A DNA stretch of 64,000 bases, taken from assembly GCA_034667685.1 (NCBI GenBank), contig JAXDQU010000021.1, positions 32,001-96,000 of the forward strand, in the 5' to 3' direction. A program made the position numbers and the translations under genes. Shown here piece after piece: positions 63,626 to 64,000 of the stretch (within the stretch, counting starts at the first letter, position 1; each line of letters begins with the position of its first letter). The stretch is from Thermoplasmata archaeon (GTDB lineage: Archaea > Thermoplasmatota > SW-10-69-26 > JACQPN01 > JAJPHT01). The notes under the pieces were generated by a model, which was given only the letters and a program-made list of their open reading frames with translations, was not told where the DNA came from and did no database searches.

Positions 63626-64000
63626 TTAGCTGATGCGAGATTCCTCGACGCGCGGCGGGGCGGCGGGCGCGGTCACGACGAGGGCGACGGCGGCGACGAT
63701 CAGCGCGGTCGCCACGAGCGTCATGGGCCCGACGGCCTCGCCCGCGAGCAGCACGCCCAGCGCCACCGCGACGATGGGGTTCACGAACGCGTACGTGGCG
63801 ACGAGCTCGGGGCGCGAGACCTTCAGCAGCCAGACGTAGGCGCTGTAGGCGACGATGCTGCCGAAGACCACGAGGAAGCCCAGCGAGAGCCACGCGCGCG
63901 GGCCGATGGCCGCGACCTGGAGTTGCGACGCCTCGCCGCGCGCCAGGCCGAGAAGCGCTAGGAGCGCGCCGCCCGCGAGCATCTCCATCGCCGCGCCCAG
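63626..64000 (-). CDS. EamA/DMT transporter (YedA-like), truncated by window edge
   Basis: LVVFGSIVAYSAYVWLL...TYAFVNPIVAVALG. Confidence 0.88.
   Translation of the reverse strand: MGAAMEMLAGGALLALLGLARGEASQLQVAAIGPRAWLSLGFLVVFGSIVAYSAYVWLLKVSRPELVATYAFVNPIVAVALGVLLAGEAVGPMTLVATALIVAAVALVVTAPAAPPRVEESRIS

Overview
A GC-rich (roughly 70% by eye) archaeal chromosome segment. Archaeal markers are AglB/STT3, NAC, a PolB2 operon, archaeal-type tRNA-Ile2(CAT) and tRNA-Val(CAC), TATA-box leaderless genes and PGF-type C-terminal sorting tails. The gene content (bacterial-type uvrC, asnS, ccmF, cupredoxins, many secreted peptidases and lipoproteins) suggests an aerobic heterotrophic Thermoplasmatota-like lineage (inference). 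There are about 65 CDS and 2 tRNAs; no CRISPR array, rRNA, integrase or transposase was seen. Most interesting unexplained signals: (1) an AT-rich octamer, TGATA(T/G)CA, written into genes through rare synonymous codons (19 exact copies counted by hand); (2) about 22 long palindromes built from tandem 6-9-nt units, in several sequence families, some nested and some fused into coding sequence; (3) both tRNAs flanked by partial self-copies carrying GNA-loop mini-hairpins; (4) an apparently circularly permuted Omp28-like thioredoxin coupled to ccmF; (5) a CWH43-like membrane EEP enzyme, an SDR lacking YxxxK, a uvrC/PolB2 divergon and Cys-rich secreted peptides. All annotation is by eye; no searches were run.
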